Shown piece by piece: positions 19,597-31,587 of a stretch of 64,000 nt of DNA. How positions within the stretch are numbered: position 1 is the stretch's first letter; each line of letters begins with the position of its first letter. Made by a program: the position numbers and the translations under genes. The notes beneath the pieces are model-generated. The model made no database searches and had not been told where the DNA came from. It saw only the letters and a list, made by a program, of their open reading frames with translations. Source of the stretch: Gammaproteobacteria bacterium (GTDB lineage: Bacteria; Pseudomonadota; Gammaproteobacteria; Eutrophobiales; Eutrophobiaceae); contig CBDEUK010000002.1 of the NCBI GenBank assembly GCA_965243205.1, positions 1,408,001-1,472,000 of the forward strand, written 5' to 3'.

Positions 19597-20858
19597 TTAT
19601 TCGATGTATTCGCAGGCTTACGACGACGGCGCGGTCGTTTTTTATAGGAACGTTGTTGTGGGGCTTTTTCAATTTTTTTCGGCGGCTGAGGTTCAACTAA
19701 TAAATCTTGGGTAATCGTCGCTGTCGGAATTTTATCGCCTAAGTATTCCTCAATTTCCATCAGTGAATAAATAAAATCTTCGCAACCAAAACTCACGGCA
19801 TCGCCGCTAGCACCTGCCCTTGCAGTCCGGCCAATTCGATGAACGAAATCTTCAGGGTTTTGTGGTAAATCGTAATTAAATACATGGCTAACTTCTGGAA
19901 TATGTAAACCACGCGCAGCTAAGTCAGTAGCAACCAAAATAGGAATTTCACCCGTTGAAAATTTCTCAAATAAACTCTGACGTTTTTTTTGCGGTACATC
20001 GCCCGATAAGATTGCAACCTCATAATCATTACCTAATAAATAACCCGCAACTATTTCCGCATTATTTTTTGTATTAACAAAGATAATGGTCCGTTTCGGA
20101 TCAATCTGTTGCAATAAACCAAGCAACAACGGAATCTTTTCATCATTTGCAACGTGGTAAAGTACTTGTGTAACACGCTCAGCTGTAACTTGCTCTGGTT
20201 TGACCTCGATCAATTTCGGGTTATTCATGTGCTCATAAGCTAGCTCAGTGACTCGAAAATTTAACGTTGCTGAAAACAACATACTCAAACGTTGTTCAGG
20301 CTTAGGACAACGACGCAATAGATAACGAATGTCTTTGATAAACCCTAAATCAAACATGCGGTCGGCTTCGTCCAAGACAACAACTTCTATTTCCTTTAGG
20401 TGAAAAACTCTTTGTTGGTAGTAGTCGATTAATCGGCCTGGAGTCCCGATTAACACGTCCACAGGCTCATTAAACTGAGCCAGTTGTTTTTTATAATCAA
20501 TACCCCCATATACTAATCCGAGTTTAAGATCAGCAAACTGATTCAGAGAAACTGCATCTTTATGGATTTGAATCGCCAGTTCTCGAGTTGGTGAAATAAT
20601 CAGGGCTCGAGGCTTGCCAGGTTCACATTGACTCTTTGAATTGAGTAAGATTTGTAGTGTTACCAATAAAAAACTGGCGGTTTTACCAGTTCCTGTTTGC
20701 GCTTGACCCGCCACATCTTGTCGATTTAACGAGATCGGTATGGTTTCTGCTTGGATTGGGGTACAGAACTCAAAATTGAGTTGATTCAAGGCTTGTTGTA
20801 GCGAATCATCCAGTTCTAATTGATCAAAGCGGATATTCGACGAGATAGTATTGGTCAC
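19593..20858 (-). CDS. rhlB: DEAD-box RNA helicase RhlB
   Basis: AQTGTGKT, PTRELA, DEADRM, SAT, HRIGRTAR; divergent from trxA. Probable GTG start at 20858. Confidence 0.92.
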   Translation of the reverse strand: MTNTISSNIRFDQLELDDSLQQALNQLNFEFCTPIQAETIPISLNRQDVAGQAQTGTGKTASFLLVTLQILLNSKSQCEPGKPRALIISPTRELAIQIHKDAVSLNQFADLKLGLVYGGIDYKKQLAQFNEPVDVLIGTPGRLIDYYQQRVFHLKEIEVVVLDEADRMFDLGFIKDIRYLLRRCPKPEQRLSMLFSATLNFRVTELAYEHMNNPKLIEVKPEQVTAERVTQVLYHVANDEKIPLLLGLLQQIDPKRTIIFVNTKNNAEIVAGYLLGNDYEVAILSGDVPQKKRQSLFEKFSTGEIPILVATDLAARGLHIPEVSHVFNYDLPQNPEDFVHRIGRTARAGASGDAVSFGCEDFIYSLMEIEEYLGDKIPTATITQDLLVEPQPPKKIEKAPQQRSYKKRPRRRRKPANTSNN

Positions 20859-20954
20859 ACAATGCTCACAGTTTTTGCAGTCTGATCGACAGTATCTTAG
20901 AATTGACTCAATTAACAACTTATTTTAACAACGTCAGAGGACACTTGATTACTA

Positions 20955-21281
20955 ATGAACGATAAAATTGTTGCTGTTTCAGATGCCAGCTTTGAAAATG
21001 ATGTACTGAAATCTGAGAAACCTGTTCTACTTGATTACTGGGCAGAATGGTGTGGACCATGCAAAATGATTGCACCGATTCTTGATGAAATTGCTGAAGA
21101 GTACAGCGACAAAATCACCATCGCGAAAATCAATATCGATGAGAACCAAGAAACACCTGCGAAATATGTTGTAAGAAGTATTCCTACTTTAATGATTTTT
21201 AAAGAAGGCGAAGCTTCTGCAACCAAAGTTGGTGCTTTATCAAAAGCCCAATTAATGGAGTTTATTGATAGCACAATCTAA
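20955..21281 (+). CDS. trxA: Thioredoxin 1
   Basis: WCGPC; sits between rhlB and rho. Confidence 0.97.
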   Translation: MNDKIVAVSDASFENDVLKSEKPVLLDYWAEWCGPCKMIAPILDEIAEEYSDKITIAKINIDENQETPAKYVVRSIPTLMIFKEGEASATKVGALSKAQLMEFIDSTI

Positions 21282-21444
21282 GCTTAACCATTAAAAACTG
21301 GACGAATTGTTACTTTAGTGCTAGTGTATATGTCCAAGGCGTATTAAATACTTTCCTTTTTTAATCCCCAAAACAAAAACTAATAACAATTCGGCGTAAC
21401 CCGCCATATACACTAATCCTTCTTTTACTTTTTACCATCTAACT

Positions 21445-22704
21445 ATGAACCTTACCGAACTAAAACAACAACCAGCATCTGAACTTATTAAATTATCTGA
21501 AAACTTAGGTCTTGATGGCCTAGCCCGGTCACGAAAGCAAGACGTGATCTTTGAAATCCTCAAGGCACAAGCCAAAAAGGGTGAAGACATCTACGGAGAT
21601 GGTGTTTTAGAGATTTTGCAGGATGGCTTTGGTTTCTTACGTTCAGCAGGTAGTTCATATTTAGCAGGCCCGGATGATATCTATGTATCACCTAGCCAAA
21701 TTAGAAGATTTAATTTAAGAACTGGGGATAATATTTCTGGCAAGATTCGCCCACCTAAAGATGGTGAACGTTATTTTGCATTACTTAAGGTAGCCGAAAT
21801 TAACTTCGAGCCACCTGAAAAAGCCAAACACAAAATCCTTTTTGAAAACTTAACGCCGTTATTCGCTCAAGATCGTATGCAACTTGAGATTGGTAATGGT
21901 AGCACTGAAGATTTAACTCCACGTATTATCGATTTAGCGTCACCAGTCGGTAAAGGCCAGCGCGGTTTGATTGTAGCGCCACCTAAATCTGGTAAAACCA
22001 TGATGCTACAAAGCATCGCGCAATCGATTACACATAATAACCCTGAGTGTCATTTAATTGTTTTACTCATCGACGAACGTCCCGAAGAGGTAACTGAAAT
22101 GGAACGTTCTGTACGCGGTGAAGTAATCTCCAGTACCTTTGATGAACCTGCCTCACGTCACGTACAAGTTGCAGAAATGGTAATCGCTCGTGCTAAACGT
22201 TTAGTCGAGCATAAAAAAGATGTGGTTATTTTATTAGATTCCATTACGCGTTTAGCGCGTGCTTATAACACCGTCGTTCCTGCCTCAGGCAAAGTTTTGA
22301 CCGGTGGTGTGGATGCAAATGCATTGCAACGCCCAAAACGTTTCTTTGGTGCAGCCCGTAACATCGAAGAAGGTGGTAGCTTAACCATTCTTGCAACAGC
22401 ACTGATTGATACTGGTTCTCGTATGGACGATGTGATTTACGAAGAGTTTAAAGGTACTGGTAATATGGAATTACACCTTGAACGTGAGATCGCAGAAAAA
22501 CGCATCTACCCTGCTATCAATATCAATCGTTCAGGAACACGGAAAGAAGACTTACTCACAACCCCTGATGAACTACAAAAAATTTGGATCCTGCGTAAGC
22601 TACTTCACCCAATGGAACCACTTGCTGCGATGGAATTTTTATTAGAACGCTTACGTGGTACTAAGAATAACGCTGAATTCTTTGATGCAATGAAAAAAGG
22701 TTAA
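21445..22704 (+). CDS. rho: Transcription termination factor Rho
   Basis: [29 protein letters not shown]; 419 aa. Confidence 0.99.
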   Translation: MNLTELKQQPASELIKLSENLGLDGLARSRKQDVIFEILKAQAKKGEDIYGDGVLEILQDGFGFLRSAGSSYLAGPDDIYVSPSQIRRFNLRTGDNISGKIRPPKDGERYFALLKVAEINFEPPEKAKHKILFENLTPLFAQDRMQLEIGNGSTEDLTPRIIDLASPVGKGQRGLIVAPPKSGKTMMLQSIAQSITHNNPECHLIVLLIDERPEEVTEMERSVRGEVISSTFDEPASRHVQVAEMVIARAKRLVEHKKDVVILLDSITRLARAYNTVVPASGKVLTGGVDANALQRPKRFFGAARNIEEGGSLTILATALIDTGSRMDDVIYEEFKGTGNMELHLEREIAEKRIYPAININRSGTRKEDLLTTPDELQKIWILRKLLHPMEPLAAMEFLLERLRGTKNNAEFFDAMKKG

Positions 22705-22749
22705 ATATCTAGTAGCCTATCAAGTCACATACCTGCTATTTCTAGACCT

Positions 22750-24327
22750 TTATGCTTTAAAACGTAGCAACATCATATTCATATTGTTTGCTCGATTTGT
22801 CAGATTTTCACTCGCACTCAAAGTTTCTTTCGCTTGCGCACTGGTGTCATCCGTTGCATCACTGATTCGTATAATATTTTGACTCATTTCAGTTGAAACA
22901 ACACTCTGCTCTTCAGTAGCACTTGCAATCATTTGATTCATTCCATTAATCTCACTTACCCGAGTACTTATAGCATCTAATTCTGTAACAACTGTTTTTC
23001 CTTGCTCAACGCAATTCATCGCCTGCTCTGAACCCAACTTCATTGTATCAACGGCCTTTTTAGCCGCTGTGCGTAACGTATTGATTATATCTTCAATATC
23101 ACGTGTAGAATCTTGAGTTCTGCTAGCCAAAGTACGAACCTCATCAGCAACCACTGCGAAACCTGCGCCATGTTCTCCTGCACGAGCTGACTCAATAGCC
23201 GCGTTTAATGCTAATAAATTCGTTTGATCAGCAATTTCCTGAATGACATTTAAAACATTGCCAATTTTTTCACAATCGTTATCAAGATTTTGAATAACTT
23301 CAGCAGTATCTTTTACTCTATCAGCCAATTCGTGAATGGCATTCATCGCATTGCCAACAACTGATTTACTGGATTGAGATTGTTTATCTGTCTCTTCAGC
23401 TAATCGGTAAGCGTTCTGAACTGTTTTAGCAATCTCATTAATCGTGGTCGACATTTCTTCCATTGCCGTTGCTACAGAATGGGTATCACGTTGTTGACTA
23501 AATAAAGCCTCACTTGATGAATTACTAGCTGCAGTGGTTCTCTCTGCTTCTAATTTTAATTCTTGTGCAGATTCCCGTACTCGACCTAGTACTGTTTTTA
23601 TTTTTGCAGATTGGATCTTTAAGGCTAGATCTAATTGTCCTATCTCATCTCTATTTCCAGTATAAAACCAACTCAATAATTCATTATCAATAATCTGTTT
23701 GGACTGAATCGCTAAATCTCTTAAACGTTTTGTAGTAACAAGAGAACCACAATAAGCCAACCCTGCACTTAAAGTAAGTGTTGCTAAATGTAGCTTTAAT
23801 GATGCTTCAGGTATTGCTACAAGAAATGCTAAATAAGGTAATAATGATAAAAGAAACGAAATATACGTTTTTAAACCGATACTACATTCAGACCACCAGC
23901 TGACAAATCGATTGGATTTATTGTTCCAAACTTCTTTATAAACTTTTTCGGCGCGTGTTTTCTCTTCTATGCTAGGTTTACTTCGAACTGATTCAAAACC
24001 GCATACTTCACCATCTTCATATATCGGTGTCACAAATGCATTTACCCAATAGTGATCACCATTTTTACAACGATTTTTCACGACACCAAGCCAAGGTTTT
24101 CCCTGTTTAATCTGCTGCCACATATTGGCAAATATGGCTGGAGGTACATCAGGATGACGAACTAAATTATGAGCTTTTCCTTCTAATTCATCCCAGCTAA
24201 AACCACTGATCTTAATAAAATCATCATTTGCATAAATAATTTTACCTTTTAGATCGGTAGAAGAAATTATTTCTGTCTCATCATCGAAATCACGTTCTAT
24301 ATCTGTGATAGGTAAATTTTTCCTCAT
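22750..24327 (-). CDS. aer: Aerotaxis receptor (PAS-MCP)
   Basis: N-terminal PAS ([22 protein letters not shown]), membrane hairpin, MCP domain [12 protein letters not shown]. Start MRKNLP at 24327. Confidence 0.9.
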   Translation of the reverse strand: MRKNLPITDIERDFDDETEIISSTDLKGKIIYANDDFIKISGFSWDELEGKAHNLVRHPDVPPAIFANMWQQIKQGKPWLGVVKNRCKNGDHYWVNAFVTPIYEDGEVCGFESVRSKPSIEEKTRAEKVYKEVWNNKSNRFVSWWSECSIGLKTYISFLLSLLPYLAFLVAIPEASLKLHLATLTLSAGLAYCGSLVTTKRLRDLAIQSKQIIDNELLSWFYTGNRDEIGQLDLALKIQSAKIKTVLGRVRESAQELKLEAERTTAASNSSSEALFSQQRDTHSVATAMEEMSTTINEIAKTVQNAYRLAEETDKQSQSSKSVVGNAMNAIHELADRVKDTAEVIQNLDNDCEKIGNVLNVIQEIADQTNLLALNAAIESARAGEHGAGFAVVADEVRTLASRTQDSTRDIEDIINTLRTAAKKAVDTMKLGSEQAMNCVEQGKTVVTELDAISTRVSEINGMNQMIASATEEQSVVSTEMSQNIIRISDATDDTSAQAKETLSASENLTNRANNMNMMLLRFKA

Positions 24328-24425
24328 TATCCAACTCCAATACATAAACGACTTAGGCTGTATCGGGATTCAATTTAAAATCCTCACAAGAAAGAATCCT
24401 ACTTCGGTTAATAACTGATGTTTGC

Positions 24426-24439
24426 TTGATCTAGATCAA
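24426..24439. promoter_or_regulatory. FNR/Anr box upstream of aer
   Basis: TTGATCTAGATCAA, a perfect TTGAT-N4-ATCAA, about 100 bp upstream of aer. Confidence 0.8.
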
Positions 24440-24447
24440 ATACACAC

Positions 24448-24477
24448 AAAAAAAACCCCGCATAAGCGGGGTTTTTT
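24448..24477 (-). terminator. groESL intrinsic terminator
   Basis: AAAAAAAACCCCGC-ATAA-GCGGGGTTTTTT. Confidence 0.9.
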
Positions 24478-24483
24478 ATTCAC

Positions 24484-24542
24484 TACGAAAAGGGGGTATT
24501 ACATCTACTGCTCTTGTGCGTCCTGCACCCGCAGTATTCGTA
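24484..24542 (-). other. Nested hairpin with a GGA loop in the groEL 3' UTR
   Basis: TACGAA/TTCGTA, TACTGC/GCAGTA and GTGC-AGGAC-GCAC (minus strand) nested inverted repeats. Confidence 0.45.
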
Positions 24543-24549
24543 AATCCAT

Positions 24550-26214
<1,665 letters not shown>

Positions 26215-26249
26215 TTAAATTCGTAATTAAATGTTTTTTGTAAAAAGAC

Positions 26250-26540
26250 TTAGCCTTCAAGGACACCCATGATGTCTTCTTCACGCATAACCAGTAGCTC
26301 TTCACCGTCTACTTTCACTTCGGTACCTGAATATTTACCGAAAAGGACTTGGTCACCGACTTTCAAGTCAACTGCGCGCACATCACCGTTTTCTAAAATT
26401 TTGCCATTACCGACAGCCAATACTTCACCTTTGATAGGTTTTTCAGTAGCACTATCAGGGATCACGATACCGCCAGCAGAAGTTTTTTCTTCTTCCATGC
26501 GTTTGACGATCACACGATCATGCAAAGGGCGAATTTTCAT
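26250..26540 (-). CDS. groS: Co-chaperonin GroES
   Basis: [16 protein letters not shown] mobile loop. Confidence 0.99.
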   Translation of the reverse strand: MKIRPLHDRVIVKRMEEEKTSAGGIVIPDSATEKPIKGEVLAVGNGKILENGDVRAVDLKVGDQVLFGKYSGTEVKVDGEELLVMREEDIMGVLEG

Positions 26541-26592
26541 AGTATTTCACTCCTAAATAACTTATTGATTAAAAAGAAAATTTAAATATTTA

Positions 26593-26619
26593 CTAGCACT
26601 CTTAGTAATTGAGTGCTAA
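26593..26619. promoter_or_regulatory. CIRCE element (HrcA operator)
   Basis: Minus strand TTAGCACTC-N9-GAGTGCTAG, 17/18 match to consensus. Confidence 0.93.
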
Positions 26620-26630
26620 TTGTGCTACGA

Positions 26631-26658
26631 ACTATAGTTCAAATACGTTTAAAGTCAA
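26631..26658 (-). promoter_or_regulatory. Sigma70-type promoter of groES just upstream of CIRCE
   Basis: TTGACT-N16-TATAGT. Confidence 0.55.
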
Positions 26659-26698
26659 CTGGATAGAGCGTTGACAGAGTTATTATTCGAAGTTTGCT

Positions 26699-26726
26699 AG
26701 ATGGGGATCGGGCTTGAGAATTCAAG
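26699..26726 (-). promoter_or_regulatory. Sigma32 heat-shock promoter of groES
   Basis: CTTGAA-N14-CCCCATCT. Confidence 0.8.
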
Positions 26727-26748
26727 CCCGATTAGAAAAGACAATAAT

Positions 26749-27933
26749 TTATGAATTTGCCTGATAGAAAGCCATGAGGATTTTAGCCACTTCAGGACGA
26801 GCAAATTCTGGAGGCAAGTCCTCACCTGCAGCTAACATTTCGCGGACTTTGGTACCAGAAAGTAATACAAAGTCTTCTTTAGAATGGTCTTCTGCATCGC
26901 GCATCATGACCACTTTATTTAGCTTTTTAGAATACGCAGTGTGATCCGCTCGGAAGATTTCAATTTCTAGCGCACCCTCTGGCAATTCATCAAAAATACT
27001 TTGTGCATCAAAAGGACCATAGAAATCTCCAACACCTGCATGGTCACGTCCCACAATTAAATGGGTACAACCTGCATTTTGTCGGAATACAGCGTGCAAT
27101 ACTGCTTCACGAGGACCTGCGTATAACATATCAAACCCATAACCAGTAACTTCGACAGTATTATCTGGGAAATATAACTCGACCATTTTACGAATCGCTG
27201 CATCACGTACATCCGCAGGGATATCGCCTTTTTTCAATTTGCCTAACAGCATATGAATCAATACGCCGTCTGCTCCAACACGTTCCAATGCCATTTTGCA
27301 GAGTTCTTCATGAGCACGGTGCATTGGGTTACGAGTTTGGAAAGCAACAACTTTTTCCCAACCGTTCTTTTCGATCAAACCGCGAATTTGTGGGGCTGTA
27401 CGGAATGTTTCTGGAAAATCTATTTCAAAATAGCTGTAATTGAGTACTTGAATCGGCCCTGAAATAACGTATTTTCCTAGGCCCATAAAGGTTGAAACAC
27501 CTGGATGTGCGTCATCTAGAGTACCAAAGTTTTTGGCCGCCATTGTTGTTAGTTGGTCAGTGGTAACTTCTTCAATCGCTTCAATATCTTGAATTGCTAA
27601 AACAGGATTCCCATCGACATTAGGATCACGCAAAGCAATACGTTTAGCATCCCCAACCGAAGAAATATCATCCGTGCGATTCATCACGGTGACTGGCCAG
27701 AAAACGCCATCTGTTGTTTTCATATGCGAAGACACACTTAAAGCATCTTCTAAATTCATATAGCCTTTTAGTGGAGTGAAGTAACCTGCCCCAAGCATCA
27801 CTGCATTCGCTGCTGATGCTGAATTTAGCAATATCGAAGGTAAACCTTCAGCTTCTTTGATGAGGTTGTTTCGAGTCGCCTCATCTTCTACGAATAACGG
27901 CGTTAGCGTTTCAGAACCGTGGGGCTTTATCAT
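26749..27933 (-). CDS. sat: Sulfate adenylyltransferase (ATP sulfurylase, Sat type)
   Basis: MIKPHG, AFQTRNPMHRAH, GPREAVLHA, GRDHAG, LSGTKVR. Confidence 0.96.
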   Translation of the reverse strand: MIKPHGSETLTPLFVEDEATRNNLIKEAEGLPSILLNSASAANAVMLGAGYFTPLKGYMNLEDALSVSSHMKTTDGVFWPVTVMNRTDDISSVGDAKRIALRDPNVDGNPVLAIQDIEAIEEVTTDQLTTMAAKNFGTLDDAHPGVSTFMGLGKYVISGPIQVLNYSYFEIDFPETFRTAPQIRGLIEKNGWEKVVAFQTRNPMHRAHEELCKMALERVGADGVLIHMLLGKLKKGDIPADVRDAAIRKMVELYFPDNTVEVTGYGFDMLYAGPREAVLHAVFRQNAGCTHLIVGRDHAGVGDFYGPFDAQSIFDELPEGALEIEIFRADHTAYSKKLNKVVMMRDAEDHSKEDFVLLSGTKVREMLAAGEDLPPEFARPEVAKILMAFYQANS

Positions 27934-28116
27934 TCCAAAGTCTCCTAAAAATCTCTTTCATGTATGTTTAAAAAACGGCCGATAACCATAATGATCTGGC
28001 GAATAAATGCAAGCAATAACCGCTATTTTGCTAGGTTTTAGTAAGTTAGCACTGGCAAAAACTCATTTATGACTTTACTATTTCAAAAACTATGAAAATG
28101 TATGGGGTGTCCTGAA

Positions 28117-28326
28117 ATGTCACAACCAATAGAAGTTTCCTCACCTGAAGCTGGAAAAAAAACCTCCACCATTATTAATACCGTCGATAACCAAGATACC
28201 GTTCAATTGGATGCAGAAAATGCTAACTGTTATTGGAATGATCAAGCATTCAATAAAGGCGATCGAGTTATTAATGATAGTAAATGTTACGAATGTGGCT
28301 TTGGTTTATGGACTGAAGTGAGCTAA
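28117..28326 (+). CDS. Small Cys-containing protein (DUF1496-like)
   Basis: CYWNDQAFNKGD...CYECGFGLW. Confidence 0.55.
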   Translation: MSQPIEVSSPEAGKKTSTIINTVDNQDTVQLDAENANCYWNDQAFNKGDRVINDSKCYECGFGLWTEVS

Positions 28327-28338
28327 CGACTAGGCTTC

Positions 28339-28905
28339 TCACTTCGAATTCGAACGAAAAGCATATCGTTCATCTTGTTTTATGATATCTCCAACATGAG
28401 TTGAAAATTTCTGCGTATCTCGCTCTTGAAAATAAAAATCCAAAGTATATTTAACCGTTGAAAATGCTAACTCATCCCATGGAATTTCTGATTTCAGCAA
28501 TAATTTAGTTTCTAAACTTTCAATGCCCGGTTTGAAATCTAACGTTTCTAGCTCAGACAAATACATCAAATAAACTTGATTGACATGAGGCAAACTAAAA
28601 ACACAATAAAGCTGTTGTATTTTCACTGAAGCCATTGCTTCTTCCCAAGTTTCTCTTTGTGCCGCTTCATGCGTAGTCTCTCCATTTTCCATAAAACCAG
28701 CCGGTAAGGTCCAATAACCGTATCGTGGTTCTATCGCTCGCTTGCATAATAAAACTTTATCTTGCCAAACCGGGATACAACCGCAAATAATTTTTGGATT
28801 TAAGTAATGTATCATCCCGCATGCATCGCACACATGACGCATACGATTATCATCTTCTGGAATCATCGTAATGATTTTTCCACCACAATCACTACAAAAA
28901 TTCAT
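28339..28905 (-). CDS. NUDIX hydrolase with N-terminal zinc ribbon
   Basis: FCSDCG...CDACG, YLNPK, LPAGFMENGET...AQRETWEE. Confidence 0.93.
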   Translation of the reverse strand: MNFCSDCGGKIITMIPEDDNRMRHVCDACGMIHYLNPKIICGCIPVWQDKVLLCKRAIEPRYGYWTLPAGFMENGETTHEAAQRETWEEAMASVKIQQLYCVFSLPHVNQVYLMYLSELETLDFKPGIESLETKLLLKSEIPWDELAFSTVKYTLDFYFQERDTQKFSTHVGDIIKQDERYAFRSNSK

Positions 28906-29011
28906 TTATTATCCCTGAAATATTTTGAGTTTTAGTTGGCAAGTTCATCGTTGAGTTATGTTATAGCATGTAATTAATGTTACTGTATTACTTAAATTTG
29001 TTTAAAACTTT

Positions 29012-29308
29012 ATGGCAACCAAACAACCTTATTTTGCAGATTTTCGAGTTCATGTTCTAAGTCATATAAAGGACATTGAAAAACGAGAATATGAAAGCCA
29101 TTCAATCGAATGGTTTTTATTGAAGTATTTACATCGTCTTGCTAAATCAGCCAACCCTCCAAGTCAACGTGGTGATATGGAAAATGCTATTCGTGCATTA
29201 ATCCGATTCTATGTTGATAACTTGGAAGAAAATTCCGATTTAGGCACTCGCTGTCAAACCATCTATAATGAATATCGAAAATGTTTACGACGACAACAAG
29301 AGAAATAA
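29012..29308 (+). CDS. Hypothetical protein
   Basis: 98-aa ORF filling the intergenic space; helical. Confidence 0.65.
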   Translation: MATKQPYFADFRVHVLSHIKDIEKREYESHSIEWFLLKYLHRLAKSANPPSQRGDMENAIRALIRFYVDNLEENSDLGTRCQTIYNEYRKCLRRQQEK

Positions 29309-29335
29309 CGGTATCATCTATTTTTGGAGATCTTT

Positions 29336-29530
29336 ATGCCTTCTAAAGAAATTACAGATTATTTGGTCATTAGCAATGCAAACCCGATGCAGCTTTCCGT
29401 TAAAGTGAATGAAAAAATTCAGGAAGGTTGGGTCCCCTTAGCAGGTGTAACTGTCGGCGCAGCTATTAGCGAACGTAATACCTTAGTCAGTTATGCGCAA
29501 GCGGTAGTTAAATATAAAATTGCACCTTAG
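29336..29530 (+). CDS. DUF1737-like small protein
   Basis: LSVKVNEKIQEGWVPLAGV...YAQAVVK; GGAG RBS before ATG 29336. Confidence 0.7.
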   Translation: MPSKEITDYLVISNANPMQLSVKVNEKIQEGWVPLAGVTVGAAISERNTLVSYAQAVVKYKIAP

Positions 29531-29537
29531 TGCTTAT

Positions 29538-30347
29538 TTATAATTTACCAACAAAAACAAAACCTAAAATTACTACGCCTAATAAAATTCTATAGACAAC
29601 ATATGGCAGCATGCCAGTGCTTTGTAGAAACTTTAAAAAGTAATGTATTGATAACCAAGCACTGATAGCCGAAACAGTAGCCACAACTGTAAAAGCATAC
29701 CAATCTGTAGCCGCTTCTCCAGTAAAATGCCGGAATGCTTCGTGACCTCCTGCTAATAATATCACCGGGATAGCCATTAAAAATGAAAAACGTGCAGCAG
29801 CATTTCTATCAAAGCCCATCATTAATCCAGCGGTCATCGTAATACCAGATCGTGACGTACCAGGGATTAAAGCTAACACCTGAGCCAAACCAAACATAAA
29901 TGCCGAATGATAACCAATACGTTCATATGATTTTATTTGCTGGCAAGTAGAATCCGCCCACCATAATAAAATACCAAAGCCTATAGATGCCAACCCAATA
30001 ACATAGGGTTCACGTAAATAATCAGCTATGTAGTCATAAAGAAATAAACCAACAAGTGCGATTGGTATTGTTGTTATGATAAAAAACAACATGTATTTAT
30101 GATTTGAATTTGGACTATAAGCAAAAGGTTTTGCAATCCAAGGTTGGATAACCGTTTGAATATCTCTTTGAAAATAAACTAATACCGCCAACAAACTACC
30201 AAGGTGCGCAGCTATGTCGATAGTAACACCTTGATCATCCCAGCCCATAATATTAGGCAACAATATTAAATGTGCGGAACTGGAAATAGGTAAAAATTCG
30301 GTAATGCCTTGAATAAGCCCAAGTAAAATTAAATGTAGTGTTTCCAT
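29538..30347 (-). CDS. uppP: Undecaprenyl-diphosphate phosphatase
   Basis: QGITEFLPISSSAH, PGTSRSG, FSFLMAIP. Confidence 0.96.
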   Translation of the reverse strand: METLHLILLGLIQGITEFLPISSSAHLILLPNIMGWDDQGVTIDIAAHLGSLLAVLVYFQRDIQTVIQPWIAKPFAYSPNSNHKYMLFFIITTIPIALVGLFLYDYIADYLREPYVIGLASIGFGILLWWADSTCQQIKSYERIGYHSAFMFGLAQVLALIPGTSRSGITMTAGLMMGFDRNAAARFSFLMAIPVILLAGGHEAFRHFTGEAATDWYAFTVVATVSAISAWLSIHYFLKFLQSTGMLPYVVYRILLGVVILGFVFVGKL

Positions 30348-30362
30348 TATTCAATAATAATT

Positions 30363-31526
30363 CTATAAACTGTATGTTAAATCTTTAAAAGAAAAGCCAT
30401 CTAAAGATTGATGATAATCTTTGCCAAGTGCTAAGACTTTAAAACGTTCACCCATTTCATCAGGCATCACTAAGCTTTTTAATTCAGAATTTAATTTTAT
30501 GGTATCTAGATCCGTATTATTTATTATTTCATTATAAATAGATTGTATATCATTCCCTAATAGAAAATTCGCTTGGGTAGTATAACCTAAAATATCGTAA
30601 CCATTCTGGTAAGCTATTTTTGTAAAAGCAGAAAACTCTACATCACTGGTAATATCTTGAAACCCGATATTAATGTATGGATCATCGTGCACTCTATGTT
30701 GGTAAAAACATCGCATAGTACCCTTTTGTTTATCATGCGAATAATAATCATGTTTCGCAGAGCCATAATCCATTATCAAAAATACACCTTTCTTTAATTT
30801 CTGCATTATCTGTTTTAGTAATGGTTCATACATTAGATGTATCTCAGTTTGATACTGTTCATGTTCTAGCAACTCATTAGGAATATGTTTTTCAATATAT
30901 TGTTCTATAGAAGAATTAATCTCTATTATTTTCCAAATAAACTCCTCTTTTTCATAACTAACACTCATTTCATAGAATTGATTATTAATTACTTGTAACC
31001 GTTTAAATGGAAGAGCATCCAATAATTCATTGGCGATAATCACCCCAGATAATTGAGGAATCTGTTCTTGGTTTATCCACTGAATTTTTGGTAAGTATTC
31101 AGGGATACATTCTTCAAATAATTCTTTTTGTTTCTCCTTTAAAGCTGGACTGGTTTCGATTAAAAAATAAGATTCTGGTAGCGCTGAAAATTTATGTAAA
31201 TACAAAACTATATCTTTAGTTAACTGACCATCACCCGGGCCAAGTTCAACAATACATCCATCCGATGTTTGTTCCAAAATTTGCAAACATTGTTTAGCTA
31301 TTATCATTGAAAATAATGATGAACGGGTTGGTGCAGTTATAAAATCACCATCCGCACCAAAGATTGCATGTTTATGACAATAATAGCCATTTTCAGAATC
31401 GTACAGCGCAAGGTTTAAAAACTCATCGAAACCAATCGAACCACTCTTTTGAACAGATTGTATAAGTCGGTTGATTAATGACTGACTTTTTTTTAGATTA
31501 TTCGCGCTAAGTGGGGGTAGATTCAT
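30363..31526 (-). CDS. SAM-dependent methyltransferase, MidA/NDUFAF7 family
   Basis: GYY, GDFITAP, ELGPGDG, NELLDALP, DYG, QDITSDV, MGERFKV. Confidence 0.92.
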   Translation of the reverse strand: MNLPPLSANNLKKSQSLINRLIQSVQKSGSIGFDEFLNLALYDSENGYYCHKHAIFGADGDFITAPTRSSLFSMIIAKQCLQILEQTSDGCIVELGPGDGQLTKDIVLYLHKFSALPESYFLIETSPALKEKQKELFEECIPEYLPKIQWINQEQIPQLSGVIIANELLDALPFKRLQVINNQFYEMSVSYEKEEFIWKIIEINSSIEQYIEKHIPNELLEHEQYQTEIHLMYEPLLKQIMQKLKKGVFLIMDYGSAKHDYYSHDKQKGTMRCFYQHRVHDDPYINIGFQDITSDVEFSAFTKIAYQNGYDILGYTTQANFLLGNDIQSIYNEIINNTDLDTIKLNSELKSLVMPDEMGERFKVLALGKDYHQSLDGFSFKDLTYSL

Positions 31527-31587
31527 TTACAATATATGATAGTTTTATTTAATCAGTTCCATATCACCCTAATGTTCGAGCAGTTAA

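Noticed and set aside
27958-27985. Sigma28 promoter (GCCGATAA) for the small ORF at 28117
   Set aside because: The -35 is poor, it is far from the gene, and it overlaps the likely promoter region of the divergent sat gene.
28957-28976. Zur-like ATGTTATAGCATG upstream of the NUDIX/hypothetical pair
   Set aside because: Only the left half matches; more simply an extended -10 element.
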